Positions 1 through 13,654 of a DNA stretch of 63,304 nt are shown piece after piece. Positions within the stretch are counted from its first letter, which is position 1. Every line of letters starts with the position of its first letter. A model generated the notes under the pieces. It had not been told where the DNA came from, ran no database searches, and saw nothing but the letters and a program-made list of their open reading frames with translations. The DNA is from Octopus bimaculoides (lineage: Eukaryota). The stretch spans positions 34,225,747 to 34,289,050 of the forward strand of contig NC_068985.1 in NCBI RefSeq assembly GCF_001194135.2. The letters run 5' to 3'. The position numbers and the translations under genes were made by a program.

Positions 1-19
1 ACATATATATATAGAATAC

Positions 20-54
<35 letters not shown>

Positions 55-105
55 TATATAAATATGTGTGTATGTATGTGTGTATTTCTTTTATTCTTTT
101 ATTTC

Positions 106-290
106 TTTCAGTCATTTGACTGCGACCGTACTGGAGCACCGCCTTTAGTCGAAAAAATCGACCCCAGGACTTATTCCTTGTAAACCTAGTACTGTACTTA
201 TTCTATCAGTTCTTTTGCCGAACCGCTAAGTTATGGGGACTTATAGGACAGAAACAATTTTAAAAAAATTATCATTGAAAAAAAAAAATA
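106..290 (-). mobile_element. SINE family A (tRNA-derived, CORE-like), 3' part only
   Basis: Near-identical block (tcatttgactgcg...ctggagcaccgcctttagtcga...gaccccaggacttatt...gccgaaccgctaagtt) recurs at 10284, 15965 and 63075. The family name is recalled, not searched. Confidence 0.8.
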
Positions 291-2552
291 GCCAAATATC
301 TTTCAATATCTTCAAATTCCACCTTTTAACATGGTCACAAAAATAAACAGGCGGAACATTTTGCAAAATTCACTAATATACATATTAAACAGTTGGGGAC
401 ATTTTCAAGAGCTTTTAACTTTCATGAAAGAGAATATCATGAAAACATCCTATCGGTTTATGATTAACTTGTTCATGAATGAGGATTATATGAAAAAGAA
501 AATGTTTTGCGAGTAGAGTGGTATAAAAGTACGCAGTCCTGATACTCAAGGAAAATGCTCTAGCCGTCTGTGAAGGCTTACTGAATCTAGTTTGACAATG
601 CTATTGACTGTGTGCCACAAGTCTGTCACTTCTTTGGCTTCGAAGAAAATTGTTGTACATTTTTCGAGCCTCAATATATCTGACAGAGACGGCTTTAGAG
701 GAAACTAGACAAATTACTACCTGTACTCAAACGTCTATTGGACACATGGTGGTGTGCATGTCTTTCAAGTGTAAATGACAGCCTGACTTTTATAAGTGTT
801 TTGATAAAATACCTGAGGATCCATTTGAAGAAGCGAAGAAACATATGGATATTTTCCACTTTCGCCGAAAGTGGTAAATATCAATGATTCCAACACATAC
901 TAATAACTATTTTTCAATTACGTGGGCTTATATCTCCTAATATTAGATTATTGTCTGTATAAGGTGAAGGCTTATAATTCTGTTTACAGTATCTTACTCC
1001 CCGTCGTTTCCTAATTCACGCAGAATTCGCACATGTTTACCCCCGCCCGTACATACATTTTTCAATGTTCAACAAGAGAAACGAATAACATCCTGAAAAC
1101 TGTCACAACACTTCTTTGGGGGAAGCGTTACAGGGTCATTGTTCAGTTACGAAGTGGAATGCATTATCTCTAAGTTTTCTATACATTTATTAAAAAGAAA
1201 TAATCAGAAAATATAAGCGCAGTGTGAAAATGTATTTAAGTGATACACTGGCGCAGGAAACCGACCCAGAATCGAATAATTTTGTTTCAATCTTTTGCTA
1301 CTTGTCATTGATTTAGCTGTATTGTACCTGGAATAAACAGATGAATGCTCACTCAAGTGACTGAATATAAAGTGTAGAACCTTGAAAATTATTTTGCGAT
1401 TGAAGGATGAAAAACTACAAGCTGCAATTATTTTCTTGCTGTCTAGAACCCAGACTTGCAGACGGATAAATTCAGTTCAAAGAGTATATAAAACTTTATG
1501 TGCATGTATTTGTACTGACACTGGATGTAAATTTGAACGACATAAGTTGAGGTAGTTTGTGCCAAATAAATTCTCTTCAGCTTTTCCAACCCTTTGAATG
1601 TTTCTAAGCATGATGGTATCCAATTATAATGGAGAGAAATGATTTTCCCCTTTAAAAAGAATAAAGAAAAACTGAATAATGTCCTATTGATGCATACTAA
1701 CTCGGAGTTTTAGCGTAAAATTAACTGTCAAAATGTTGCTAATGAATTTGACCAGTAAAAATTTAGTTTATTTTTCGATTATTACTACTATTTAATTTCA
1801 CTTTTCATGTGACATTAAAGCAAAATTTATTGTTTTCTATATTTAATTTGATTTTACTTCTAGTCATCCCGTTTTCCGAAATAGATACTCTAGTTTGATT
1901 ATAATTTTTTCTACTTATACACATATTTTTGTCGAGCCCTCATATCTTAAGTTTCAGGCTTATCCCTGTGTGTGTGTGTTTGTGTGGCCGAGCGCTAGTG
2001 AGTGTGGGTGTGTATAATAAAATTTATTTTAAACAAACTTTGTTTTTATATACATATGTAGAAACATTCATTATTACTTATCTATCTCTTCAAGTATTTG
2101 ACGTGGCTTAAAATTCACTTCATAGTTCTATGAAATGCTTGAAAATTTGTTTCCTTTATTGTTAACAAGAAATTTACCCCCAAATCTCCGCTTCTACTTG
2201 GCAGCAGAATTTGTGTTGCTGGAAAGTTTATTGCACAATATCCGTCAGTGTTTTATATCAAGATAACTTTTTATTTATTTGCTTAATAAGCATTTAACAC
2301 AAGTCCCTTCGTATGTGCAAAGCAAAATATAGTTATTCTCAAAACTAAACCTATCGATATAATTTGAACGCAGAACGTCAAGTGTTTGTTTCTACGCCAA
2401 CTCGAGTTATGTTTTATAAAAATAATAATGCTGAACTCTGGAATATAGGACACTTGATAAGTGTTGACTGCTTACCAATGTGACGGATATGGATTTCTGG
2501 GAGAGGCTGTTGATATTTATCCTAAATAGCAGTAACGACAGAAAAAAATAAA

Positions 2553-2646
2553 TATAAAGTGTGACGACGTCAAAGTGGGAGGCGTTTATCTGAGACTGTG
2601 CATTTGAATAAAAGCATTCAGTGCAGGCTTCTCGCGACTGGTAAGT
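2553..2646 (+). promoter_or_regulatory. Candidate TATA box plus short non-coding first exon of the tetraspanin gene
   Basis: TATAAA at 2553-2558, CpG-rich stretch with tgacgacgtca, and a strong donor CTG|GTAAGT at 2641. A clear acceptor at 4127, 9 nt before the ATG, implies an upstream UTR exon. An alternative donor lies at 3557. Confidence 0.3.
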
Positions 2647-4136
2647 TCGAAATAACATTTATATTCTTTGTTGTTTTCGATGTATACGGTTGATATCGAC
2701 CAAGTATTAATCTTCAGTCATCAAATATCTTATTTGTAATATAGAATATCGTCTCAATATTTCTATACGCTACCCCATTTCATCGGTTTATTAACATTTA
2801 ATGAAAATCAATTAAAAATACTTATCTACAGTTAAGAAACCTGATTTTTTTTTTCCTTCTTAAATTTGTAAAATACCATATTGTAACGTTCAGAGAGCAA
2901 AGGAGAAAATTGAATCGATATTTGTTTTATGAGTTAAAAAGTATGTATCCTTATGTATTTTAACTTAAATTCTCTTCCCAAAGAATTAATGAAATCTTCC
3001 AACCTTAGAAATATAACCATTGTTCAAAAACGTCCCTACTTCATTTCTTTCGACCCGCTTGTGTTCCTTAAATAATTTTTAATAGCTAACTTTTGCCAAA
3101 GAAAAGTAATTCCAGGATAAATTCTATAAAGACTATAATTTGGGTGAAGTGTCATGAGACTGTTCCAGTTGAGACAAGGCGAAATAGATTGAGATATAAA
3201 TATCCTCAGATACATAAATGGTTATTAATCCAGAGAGTAATTAATGTGAATTTTGATGTTTATACTTTCTATATTATGTCGTCAATGTGTCAAGTGGAAC
3301 TTCTAGAAACATTGTAACTGAAAACTTAGGGCTATACGCTAAGTTGCAAAAAGGAGAACACAGTTGATGTATATTCATCCGTGTGCATTCTTGACGGTAT
3401 TGTTTTAGCGTAACACAATTGATGTATGGTAACAATTATACTTAATCATCGACGCCAGAAGCGTAATGGACAAATACATGTGAATTCAGAGCTCTATGAT
3501 TCACCCTGTCTCTACTCAGTTTCTTTACGTGCGTAATTTCGGTCGGCAGAACGAAAGTAAGAAACTTGTGTAATACAGAGTTTATCAACTTAAAAACGAA
3601 GATGCTACCAGATACATCGAATACTATTTCTCCCGCTTGGACACTTAAACGTTGTACAATATAGTAAACTTATTCAACAAATTGTCTAATTTTTTTAGTG
3701 AATGGGGATTCTATTTGTCACTACCTTAACTTTGCATTTTTTAAAGGAGTGGTTACATTCTTTTCACATCAAATTAATTTACTAAGTTGTAATTGTAATT
3801 CTACTGTTATTGTGATAATAGCTGGCATAAATATTCATTTGGTTTCAAGTTTTCAGAAGGTCTTAACATGACAACTTGTTAAATTCGTTAATTTTATTTA
3901 AAATACCTTTCAACGGTTATGAAGGTTAAAATATTTTAATTCCATTCTAACAGGCAACTTTGTACATTTCCAACGTACATTTTCATGTCTAATCCTAATT
4001 TGTACAACGTAAATTATACATTTTGAATTTTCTTTCGTAGCGCCTCTGTTAGTTTTTGTATAGATTTTAGATCTTTCTTGAATTCCAAGAACCAATCGAA
4101 TCTTTTCCTTTTTTTTTTTTCTACAAGAGACGAACC

Positions 4137-4196
4137 ATGTCTTGTTTACACAACTTTGGTCGGATCATCCTTATAACATTAAACGTTATTTTCGTC
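4137..4196 (+). CDS. Tetraspanin coding exon 1: MSCLHNFGRIILITLNVIFV
   Basis: ATG 4137; donor GTC|gtaagt at 4197; start of TM1 with the conserved Asn. Confidence 0.9.
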
Positions 4197-7100
4197 GTAA
4201 GTATATTTTATTCCTTTTTGGGAAATTCTGTTTTCGGTAAGAAACTGACGAAACTCGCATGCTGGACTGAAAAGGAAATCTATTAATCTTATTCAGTAAT
4301 ATTTCCGATTCCGACATCTTAGTTCTCGACACAAACTACTACGATGTTTAGTTTTGTTTTGAGTCCTGATGTAGTTTGGGTTGACTTTGTGGTTCGCTCT
4401 TGGGACGATAAATAGAAATCTACTGGATTTCAATGCAGTTAAACTCATCAAATTTAGTGTAAAAAGAATATATTTCCAAGAGAATCGAACTGGATTTGAG
4501 AAACTGCATATTTGTACAGATAATTTTTAGATTGTTGGTAGAAGAATCGATCTTGAAAATGAGTAGACTTTATTTTTTTGAAGACTGAAATAGATTTGAT
4601 TAAATATTACCTACGCAAATAAGTTTTAAAATAGCTCTGACTTTATAAATAGCCATGTTGACTCTCTTCCCCGCCCTCTCGATTGAACACGCGTGCATAC
4701 CCCGCTTAGTTTGGAGTGGAAAAAAAGGACCGTGTCTATTGCCTTCACAGGTTCATCTCTCCGAGACCTGTGAGATCGACATGGTTAATATTACTTTTGA
4801 ATGGGTTCATGGAGACGGGTGGAAGGGAAAGGTACGAAACGAATTGGAAGGCCAACCTGCTGGGGAGAAAATCTGGGCGCAGTTAATGCGAGGGGGGGGG
4901 GCTACTGATGAACACGGAATGATGAATAAGATTTACTTATTCGGGAGTGCGTGAATGGAGGAGGAACTATACAAACCAACTCCGAGGAGCTGATACTTCT
5001 TTATAGTCGTGATATAAAAAGTAGACACTAAGTCGGTAGGCTAGAATTAAACTTTCCTTTATTGATCCATCCATGCCTTGCTTGATAGATGGAATTTGGA
5101 AACCAATGTTAAGCCAATAAAGTGTCAATTCTTTCGAGTTTTAATTTTATCTAGATACTTCATTTATTTCTGGTTGATTTAACTATGTTAATTGTTTGAA
5201 CTACACTGACTTCGCTTTTTCTTTCGACAAGATCACTGGAATTGGTATTTTGGGCTTGTGTATATTTTTGAAAGTAGACCAAACCAGCAAAATTATTCAA
5301 GATGTAATTGAAGAACATGCCGATGCCAAAAACTTCAGCCACTCTATCATAGTACTGGTAGTTTTGGGTGCTGCAATCTTGTTGATAAGTTCCCTAGGAT
5401 GTTGTGCTGCAATCTTCGAAAATCGCTGCTTGCTAGGAATGGTACGTAAGCTATTTGTTCTAAGTTCACAAAATTCATGTTAACAACATTGGTTTAAATG
5501 CAACTGTATTAAAGACGTGCTTTAAATTAAGTTGAGAGAAAAATTAAGTTTTGTAATATTTGCGGACGAGATTATTTGGCTTTCACCTTGTTTCAATGTT
5601 ATTAAATTCTGTTTTCTTTTAGTATATTTTCCTGTTGAGTGCTATTACTGTCGCTGAAATTGGAGCTGGTATTTTTGTGGCAGTTGTGAAAAACAAGGTA
5701 TTTAGTATATGCTCAGTAGAAACACTTTTCGTAATGTTTCTTTTACCTACCTAATTTTAATCTTTTGTCCCTTCAGCCTGTATTGGATCTTTTTTAAAAC
5801 GGGGGCCACATTTTTCATTAACGAAACACTTTGAAACTTGGAACACTGGTAGAATGTGTCATATAAAACATCTTTTTCTCTTAGTCTTCTTAAAAAAAAA
5901 AAAGAAATCCATAAGTTGTTCCATGTTAAAGTTGTCGTATTTCTGTAATTTTAACCAATCACTGACGTCCATTCAGCCGATATACATTAAGTGCCGACTA
6001 CATAAACAAACAATTCTGAAACAATTAACCCTAATCCTACGGTTAGGGTTAAAGCAAATAAAACGAAGGTATGGAGATTAAATACGCTTTACACCGCTTA
6101 ATCAGCCAAAGGAGTAAATATAAACAACTGAATACTTGTCAGTGATTGGTTGAAATTATCGAAATAAGACAATTTTTTACATGAAATAAATTCGAATACA
6201 AAAATATTTTTCTGTTCTATAACACAAAATAGATAAGTATACAAAGTTTGAAAGTCTTTCCGCACCAAAAACACTACGTAAAACATTAATGAAAAATGTG
6301 GCCCCCGTTTTAAAATAGATCCCCTGTATTTTTGTCTGGAAGGCATTAAATGTTTCAAATATCGATAATAAACAGTATTGCTAATGGTTACATAATTTTA
6401 TACATTGCATTTTAATCATTCAACTTAATTTCTATTTTTAAGCATTTCATGTATAATGTTAGTATTTTGTAAAAATTGAACTTAGCATGTTGAATACAAG
6501 ACAGCAAATGTTGTTGTACCCTGTATAAGAAAGGTAATTCATTGACTGGGTGGGTTAATATTACTGCGTTGATTGCGTTTGCTCACCGGTTTGGTGTGCT
6601 GCGAATTGATCAAACAACGGTTAAAGTAATTTTGTTCATATTTAATTCAATGTATTGTTTCAGATCCGGAGTCATATTTCAGAAGCGGCCCATGAAGTGA
6701 TCCGAGAGAAATATAGCAAAAATAAAGAAGTTACTCATACCATCGATATTCTTCAAGAGAAGGTATCTATTTGCTACTACAATCTTTGAATATTTAAAAA
6801 TATTTTGTATCTAAACTTTTAAGAATTCTTTTGCCTGTTTCCAGGAAATATGGAAAATGAATAGACTTACTAATATCTAGTCAGTTTAACGGTGACGTTT
6901 TCACTCTTGACGAGATAACTTTCGAAATCGTTTAGTATTTCAACTTATTTGCCGTTTGAACTTCTAATCTCAAATTATAAATTTCCAGAAATTGAAACTT
7001 TTGTGCTAAGAACTTTTTGTTAGTTTAAAAATTATGTCCATGAATGTATGCAAATTTCATTTTTCAATTTAAAAAAAGTTATTAAACATCTCGAATCAGT

Positions 7101-8385
7101 AAATCGTATTTTTATGCGAAATGAATAGCTTTTTAAAAATCCTAGCACTAAAACAGTTTAATATTGCAAATACTACCACCCAAGAAATCAAGTTGATATA
7201 AACTCTTTTCCTGCCTTAAATTTGGTCTTCTGTTTAACTCTTTTTGTAAAGGAATGAGTTGTGAAATAAAGAAAAGCGGGTCGGTGCAGTTTGGTGTTAA
7301 GATTTAAATGTATCCAATATAAAGATTGCAAAAATATCTCTGCACTAAAATGCTTTTTTTCTAAAATTTCAGTTGAAATGCTGTGGAGCCAATAATTTTA
7401 CTGACTATTCCGTTTTGAAGCTCACTGTAAGTGAAATTTTCTTTGCTATTTAACTGGATTTATCTCCTCAACTACTGAAGGCTTAACTGTAGGGATATAA
7501 TTACGTCATTAAGTCTGCAAAACGTCGTTAGTTTTAGAATTGTTACTCCATGCAAGTGAATATAAGTTAACTTTTAAGAGTTGTTAGTTCAGCTACAATT
7601 GTTTCTGGTGAATATAGTCAATTAGGTTGGTGACTGAAATGGTAGCAATATTGGTTAATATAACCTTTTAGACCTGTTAGGGAAATATCAGCAATATACA
7701 GGGGTCGAAACCGCTCATATTCCATTCCTTTCAGAAAAGGGATTGTCTTAGTAAATGGGTATATCGATAAACTACCTGGCTAGCTATTTTAAAGATCTAC
7801 GACTAGGATGTAGAATGCCAAGCCGAGGGAATTATAACTTGGTTATAGAATTCCACTTTTAGTTAGAAAACAGTTAACAAATTTGAAAGAAAAGTAACAT
7901 TTCAGATTTACTTAAATTATAACTAGTGTATTTGTATTTCTTGACACTAAAAAAAAAAATTGAAACCAAGACAGAATACTGAAGATGGGTCAGATGAATT
8001 TCTTCATTCAGTTTTCTTACCATAGAGATGATATATACGAGCTAGTAATGATTACAAATCGGAGCATGGAACTGAAGTGAATATTTTGCATTGGAAATTT
8101 TATCTTTGCCATTAAAGTTTTATTCATTTACTCAATGATCACACATACCACAAATTGATTTTAGAATTTGGACACTTGAACTATAAGATTGTGAAAATAT
8201 ATCGTTTGTTTTTAAAATATTGCAATTATCAATGCTTTATTCAGTTGAACACATTTTTATACTACCACCACTAGCGAAAGAACATGTTTGCAAAATGTGT
8301 GCATTGGTCCTAAGATTTTAATATTTTTAAGAATGCCTTTATTAATTTAAAATTCTGTTCCTATGCAGATCTCATTGCTTTTCTT

Positions 8386-8422
<37 letters not shown>

Positions 8423-10010
8423 TACGAGAACAATTCCATGGTTATAAAGTCGACAATGTATTTTGTACAGTAATTTTTAAACTCATTTCCGTAGGTTGGT
8501 AAAGTCCCATATTCTTGCTGCGTTCTTAAAAGTGACGGTGATAATCCTGAGCCACAGAATAAGACTGAATGTGAGTTAGAAGCTGAAAATCCCTTTTTGC
8601 ACGATGCAAAGTATCTGCATACAAAGGTAATATTTTTCACGGGATTTTATTGAATATCTCGATGTTTCCCAACAATTTTTATTGATGCACTCGTAATAGA
8701 CTATTAAAACTTCAGACAGTTGCTTCGTCAAATTTAGTTTCTACTTTTAAAAAGGATATGCGAGTGGACGGCTATAAAGTTGTGATTGTAATTACATTTT
8801 TCTGGCTAATGAATTTGTTACTTCGAGATTTTAAAAATTCTTTTCATTTTTTTTGAAAATTTAGGGTTGTGTTGATACTTTGGAAGTACTGGTGAAGAAA
8901 TACAGTTCTATTATACTTGGTGTTGCCCTTGGTATTGCTGCATTCGAGGTAAAGACTAGCAGATTATTTTTACTTTGAGCTTGAAATGTTAACTAGCAAC
9001 TAGATGAAGTGTTTAGCACTGACTCATTCTATTAATCGTCTTCGTTGTGGACACAGTATACTTCAGACTTTTTAAGAGGGTAGGTTGGGGGTTGAGAAGG
9101 ATTTAACTGATATTTCGAGCAAGTCAAGTAACACTGAGTTTCTCAGACGTCGTCTTGCTGTGGTGAAGTTAATGTTTGGGCAAATCCTATAGAAGGATTG
9201 AATATTCACTTCATGACTTCTGTGATGATATCAAATCTGTGACTATTCTCTAATAGACGTTTAGAGCAGGCAGTAATATCGCTTGCTTTAGACAGGAATC
9301 TGAGGGAAAGCCTCGGCTTTACCTTGAACACAAAAGGAAAAGAGTTTCTTGTATGCGGCTGACAAAACATTACTTTAAATTGTTTTAACATCACTTGTAA
9401 CGAAAATATAATGGGTGTAATGTGACGGTTATTAATGTATTTGACATGTAAGAACTGGTTGTCATAGATATTAAGCATATTTTATCGTTTGGTAGTTGAG
9501 AATTTAAGATTTTGAAACGACTTCTTGTGGCGTAATCTTTTTTGTCTCCACCATCAAATGGTAAACGGTGATCGTGAACTAGTCGCAGTTTATCAGCTGT
9601 AAATTGACCTTCACCTAAAGGTAATGTTTAAAAACTCTTTAAGAAATTTGAAACAATTTCTTGTTCCAGTATATAAGGTTGCTTAAGTTCCTACAATTAC
9701 AGAACATCTAACCGGCTTTCCTCATCTACATTCTGCTTTTCACAGCGTCCGCATGTTACAAAGTCGGAGACAACCGAAATATATTTTGATGCAAACATTC
9801 ATTTTCGTAAAACTGTTTCATATAAAAGAATTTATAAAACCTGAAACGTCCACGGTATTGCTTCTTATTAGTGACATAAAATATTAACTTTTAAAAATGG
9901 GATTCATTGTAAAATATCTGAACTCTTATTTGCAGGTATTTTTAATATTTTTGGCATGTTGCATCTGTCGCGAGAACAATGATGAAGATAGAATTGGTTT
10001 AATTCACTGA
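4137..10010 (+). CDS. Tetraspanin (TM4SF), 8 coding exons, 262 aa, 6-Cys large extracellular loop
   Basis: Eight GT-AG-bounded exons join in frame from ATG 4137 to TGA 10008-10010. The protein has four hydrophobic segments, GCC in the TM2 region, and CCG, PYSCC, C and GC in EC2. Ortholog not assignable without a search. Confidence 0.95.
5232..5441 (+). CDS. Tetraspanin coding exon 2: ITGIGILGLC...SSLGCCAAIFENRCLLGM
   Basis: Polypyrimidine-aag acceptor and gtacgt donor; 70 codons covering the rest of TM1, EC1 and TM2 with GCC. Confidence 0.95.
5623..5697 (+). CDS. Tetraspanin coding exon 3: YIFLLSAITVAEIGAGIFVAVVKNK
   Basis: ttttag acceptor, gtattt donor; TM3 with the polar Glu typical of tetraspanins. 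Confidence 0.93.
5785..6322. mobile_element. Foldback MITE, copy 1 (tetraspanin intron 3); about 37-bp TIR starting GGATC; 8-bp TSD CCTGTATT
   Basis: TIRs ggatct(t/a)ttttaaaacgggggccacatttttcattaa; identical 8-mers at 5777-5784 and 6323-6330; inverted homolog at 44071-44615. Confidence 0.9.
6664..6762 (+). CDS. Tetraspanin coding exon 4: IRSHISEAAHEVIREKYSKNKEVTHTIDILQEK
   Basis: tttcag acceptor, gtatct donor; EC2 helices ending in the typical D-x-x-Q segment. Confidence 0.93.
7373..7426 (+). CDS. Tetraspanin coding exon 5: LKCCGANNFTDYSVLKLT
   Basis: tttcag acceptor, gtaagt donor; signature CCG motif. Confidence 0.95.
8495..8626 (+). CDS. Tetraspanin coding exon 6: VGKVPYSCCVLKSDGDNPEPQNKTECELEAENPFLHDAKYLHTK
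   Basis: ccgtag acceptor, gtaata donor; PxSCC motif. Confidence 0.93.
8865..8948 (+). CDS. Tetraspanin coding exon 7: GCVDTLEVLVKKYSSIILGVALGIAAFE
   Basis: atttag acceptor, gtaaag donor; terminal EC2 GC and start of TM4. Confidence 0.93.
9936..10010 (+). CDS. Tetraspanin coding exon 8: VFLIFLACCICRENNDEDRIGLIH*
   Basis: ttgcag acceptor; end of TM4, juxtamembrane Cys cluster, TGA; AATAAA follows near 10111 and 10259. Confidence 0.92.
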   Translation, partial: VFLIFLACCICRENNDEDRIGLIH

Positions 10011-10283
10011 GTTTCTAAGTCGTCTTTTTGAACTTATTGTTCAACCTACTGATTTCATGCCTTTCTGGAGACGCGGATTCATTTTCTTTACCCACCTCAT
10101 ATATATATAAAATAAAATGACTGAAGATCAACAGAAACATTTCAATAAAATTTTTCAGTAATTTTTCAATAACATTATACAATTAAGATGGTTGTTTTGT
10201 AAATTTCATCAAAATAAAGCTTTTTTTTCTCTCCCACACTTGCTGAATTTTACATTTGAATAAAAATTGTATATTCTTTTATT

Positions 10284-10625
10284 TGTCATTTGACTGCGAC
10301 AATGCTGGAGCACCGGCTTTAGTCTAACAAATCGACCCCAGGACTTATTCCTTGTAAACCTAGTACTGTACTTATTCTATCAGTTCTTTTGCCGAACCAC
10401 TAAGTTATGAGGACTTATAGGACAGAAACAATTAAAAAAAAATTATCATTGAAAAAAAACAAATATATACACACACACATACGACGGGCTTCTTTCAGTT
10501 TCCGTCTACCAAATCCACCCACGAGGCTTTGGTCGACCAAACGCTATAGTGGGCACTTGCCCAAGGTGCCACGCTGTGGTACTAAACCCAGAACCATGTG
10601 GTTGATCAGCAAACTACTTCCAAAG
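10284..10625 (-). mobile_element. SINE family A, near full length including tRNA-like head
   Basis: The minus strand reads ...catggttctgggtttagtaccacagcgtggcaccttgggcaagtg..., a degenerate B-box head followed by a CORE-like ccttgggcaagt; the 3' body is shared with other copies. Confidence 0.85.
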
Positions 10626-13600
10626 ATAGTTTTAAAACTTTTCAATTTATCAATTATAACATTCGTTTTCGTCTTACCCATTGATGTTACTCTATAATTT
10701 TAACTATACAGTATTGTTATGTTAGCAACTTGCTAGCAACGTGCATTAATTGCATATTAATTTAATTTATCATCTCTTGGACAAGCGCAAAGGCTGATAA
10801 AATGAATCAGATTCTTTGCCAATTATCTATTTACTGACGATTATTGCGTATTTTAAAAATGAAAGCTTTCGTGCTATTTGTACTAATTGTCCTTGAACTT
10901 TGTTCGTTTATCGACTTTATCGTTATTCCTAACAATAACTGGGGTATCAGTTTAACGATAAAAAATATATTAATTACAAACTACAATCTTTTTGAAAGTT
11001 TATGGACTGCTTTTTAAATATAACGGCGAAGCAACTAGCTATCTGAATGTGATACTTCCTGTGTCTTAATCATGCATTGTCCTTCCTCCTAGCGCACACG
11101 CATCTTTGTAGATATACGAATATTTAAAATGAGTTTGAGCTGCAATGTTTGGTTCAAAATGATCACTTATCGATGTAATAATTCAAATTTTATTTTGGGA
11201 GAAATGGATTGAAGCTAAAAAACATCAAAGATTCTAGGAGTAAAACGAAACTAAACAATTAAGACAGTAATTTAATTATACTGCAACGAAAGTTTTACAT
11301 TTCAAATTCGTCAAAATCTCTTCGAATGACTACCCACGAAAATAATAATAATACTGAATAGTATTTATCAGCAACACCAAGGCAGATGAAACTATCTTTA
11401 TAGGCTGTATTGCCAAATACTGACGCAGATTCTGAATTACATTAGATATAACTTGTATTATATATCCTACCAAATTACTGTAAGCCTCTCACCTACTGTA
11501 CTGAATCTTAAATTCTTCGTTATTTACACACGTACACTGAAAACCTTGTTAATTTCACATGTGTTCTCGTCCATCATCACTATTTACACCCATTACTTAC
11601 GTCATTATTTGACAAGCTCCTTTTAGATTTTGTTTCTTGATGAACTACAATCTGAAACGTAGAACGTTGTTTCTTCCTTACAGCGTGAAATTAACTTGCA
11701 CTCTTACTTTTCGTTCTCGATATGATTTTGGATCTATTACCATAGACTGAGGACACTATCTCGGGACTGAACTTGTATTATACTACTACAAATTTCTGTG
11801 ATCTTGCCTATTCTGCTGAAGCTATATGCCCTCCGAAGTTAACATTTGCTCGTACTATTGGTTAAATCCCATACTAACAGATTAAATTATGTATAGATCA
11901 TAGTAGCCACAAGTCTGTTTGTCTTTCACAAAGTACTTTTCAAATTCTAGTTTTTCGTGAAAGCGAGCTATCAGTTCTGAAACTCTAGCCGAAAGATAAC
12001 TGAAAACTAATGTCTTAACATCTGGGGAATTGCTTTGACTAACGAACTACATACATGAACAATTTATAGGTCTAATTTGAAAATGTATCTGCTCATAATA
12101 TACTTTTGGGCGCATAAGATAGTGTAAATAAACATTTTTAACTGTCATTACTATCTCTAGAATTATCTCTATCGCTAACAACTTAATTTAATACGAGTTT
12201 TCATTTGAACTTTTGCAATTGATCCTCCGCTATGTTAATTTATTACTTGCATTACGGTCTTAATCTGAAGTTAAGACCACATGAATATTGTGAAGAAATA
12301 ACTATCCATTTTCAGAATTATCATAGACTGCTAATAGTATTAATCAGACGTTACTGCAATAATAATTTATCGAAAAACCAAGGTCTACTTCCGCACACCA
12401 TCAAGTTTCTTATTTCTTTCTGTATTTGAGCTTAATTTTAAATAACAGAATGTCATACAGTGCTGTAAATTGCTCTTGCTATTTTTCCATCGCTGTTTTT
12501 GCATAAGTTAGTGTCATTCGACCATAAGTTGTAATGGTAATGAAGAACATTATGTAAAAATGCTTTCCAGCATTGACACGAGATGAAATCAACTTAAGTG
12601 CTTGACTAGTACTAATTTACTCGGACGATCAAGATTCCGAATGTAAACGAAGTAAAGTAAATACTACAAGGCATTTATTTTGTCACTCACTGCCCTAGTC
12701 GTAGCTAGTGGATATTTTGATGTTTAATGTTACCTTATATATGTTCCTCCATAAACACTTATCATAAAATCAAGTTACTGATTTACTAATAGTAGCAATG
12801 CATTAATTTACTCATACACAATACTTCAAGGAACTTGCAATAAACAACAAAGAAATACAGTTGTTGAAGTGTGGTCATAATGAGACACCATCTCCAAGGG
12901 TTTAGAAGAGTGTATCGACCTCAGTACTTGCTCCAGTATGGTACTATATCGATCTCTGAACCAATGGGACGGGACACAACATAAACACCAATTATTTTTA
13001 TATATACAGTTACTGTCTCCCAAATTCTGCTGACAATGTCCACTCAAGGCGATAGTAAGGGACACTTTGTGTAATTGACGGGTAGTGTGACTGTCCTGGA
13101 ACCAGATGGTTGTGAAGTAAACTTCTTGGATGCAAACATGAGTATGTGGTTAGTTTACATGAAATTCAAACATCCTTAACTACACTGGAAAGATAAGTAG
13201 CACTTAGACACGATCAACGAACATTTAAGCATCTCCAAGTGGAAACTAAACGAAAGTAAAGGATAGACGCCTACTATTCTTCTGTTCCGTTTCCGAGGCG
13301 CCATAACAAGTATAATACTCATAAGAGTAACACTATGTTAACCAACCTCAATATCAAGTGGTCATCTCGCCTATTCAATTTTGAATATTTAGTGTATTTG
13401 CTACAATAGTTCCGGCTCTTCTGAATTAGCAGGCTGTACCGATTCCACATAATGTACCTTTTCTTTGTTTTTAGTCTGTCTCACTTCGCCTAGATCAGTA
13501 ACATTGAATTTCTATCTCTGCACAATGTCCCTCAACACAAGTTGAAATTATGGACTTCACCAGTTTTGGAACCATTCAAAGGCTATTGAACTAAATAATA

Positions 13601-13654
13601 TAAGACATTTATTGTAAAGCATATATAAACTTTGTGCCTAAGGAATAATAATAA

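Noticed and set aside
4655-4954. 99-aa ORF in tetraspanin intron 1
   Set aside because: No recognisable domain or splice support; likely a chance ORF in a GC-richer repeat
11630-11670. Hammerhead-like ttgatga...gaaacg
   Set aside because: Stem II does not pair and the core C is missing; too degenerate to call
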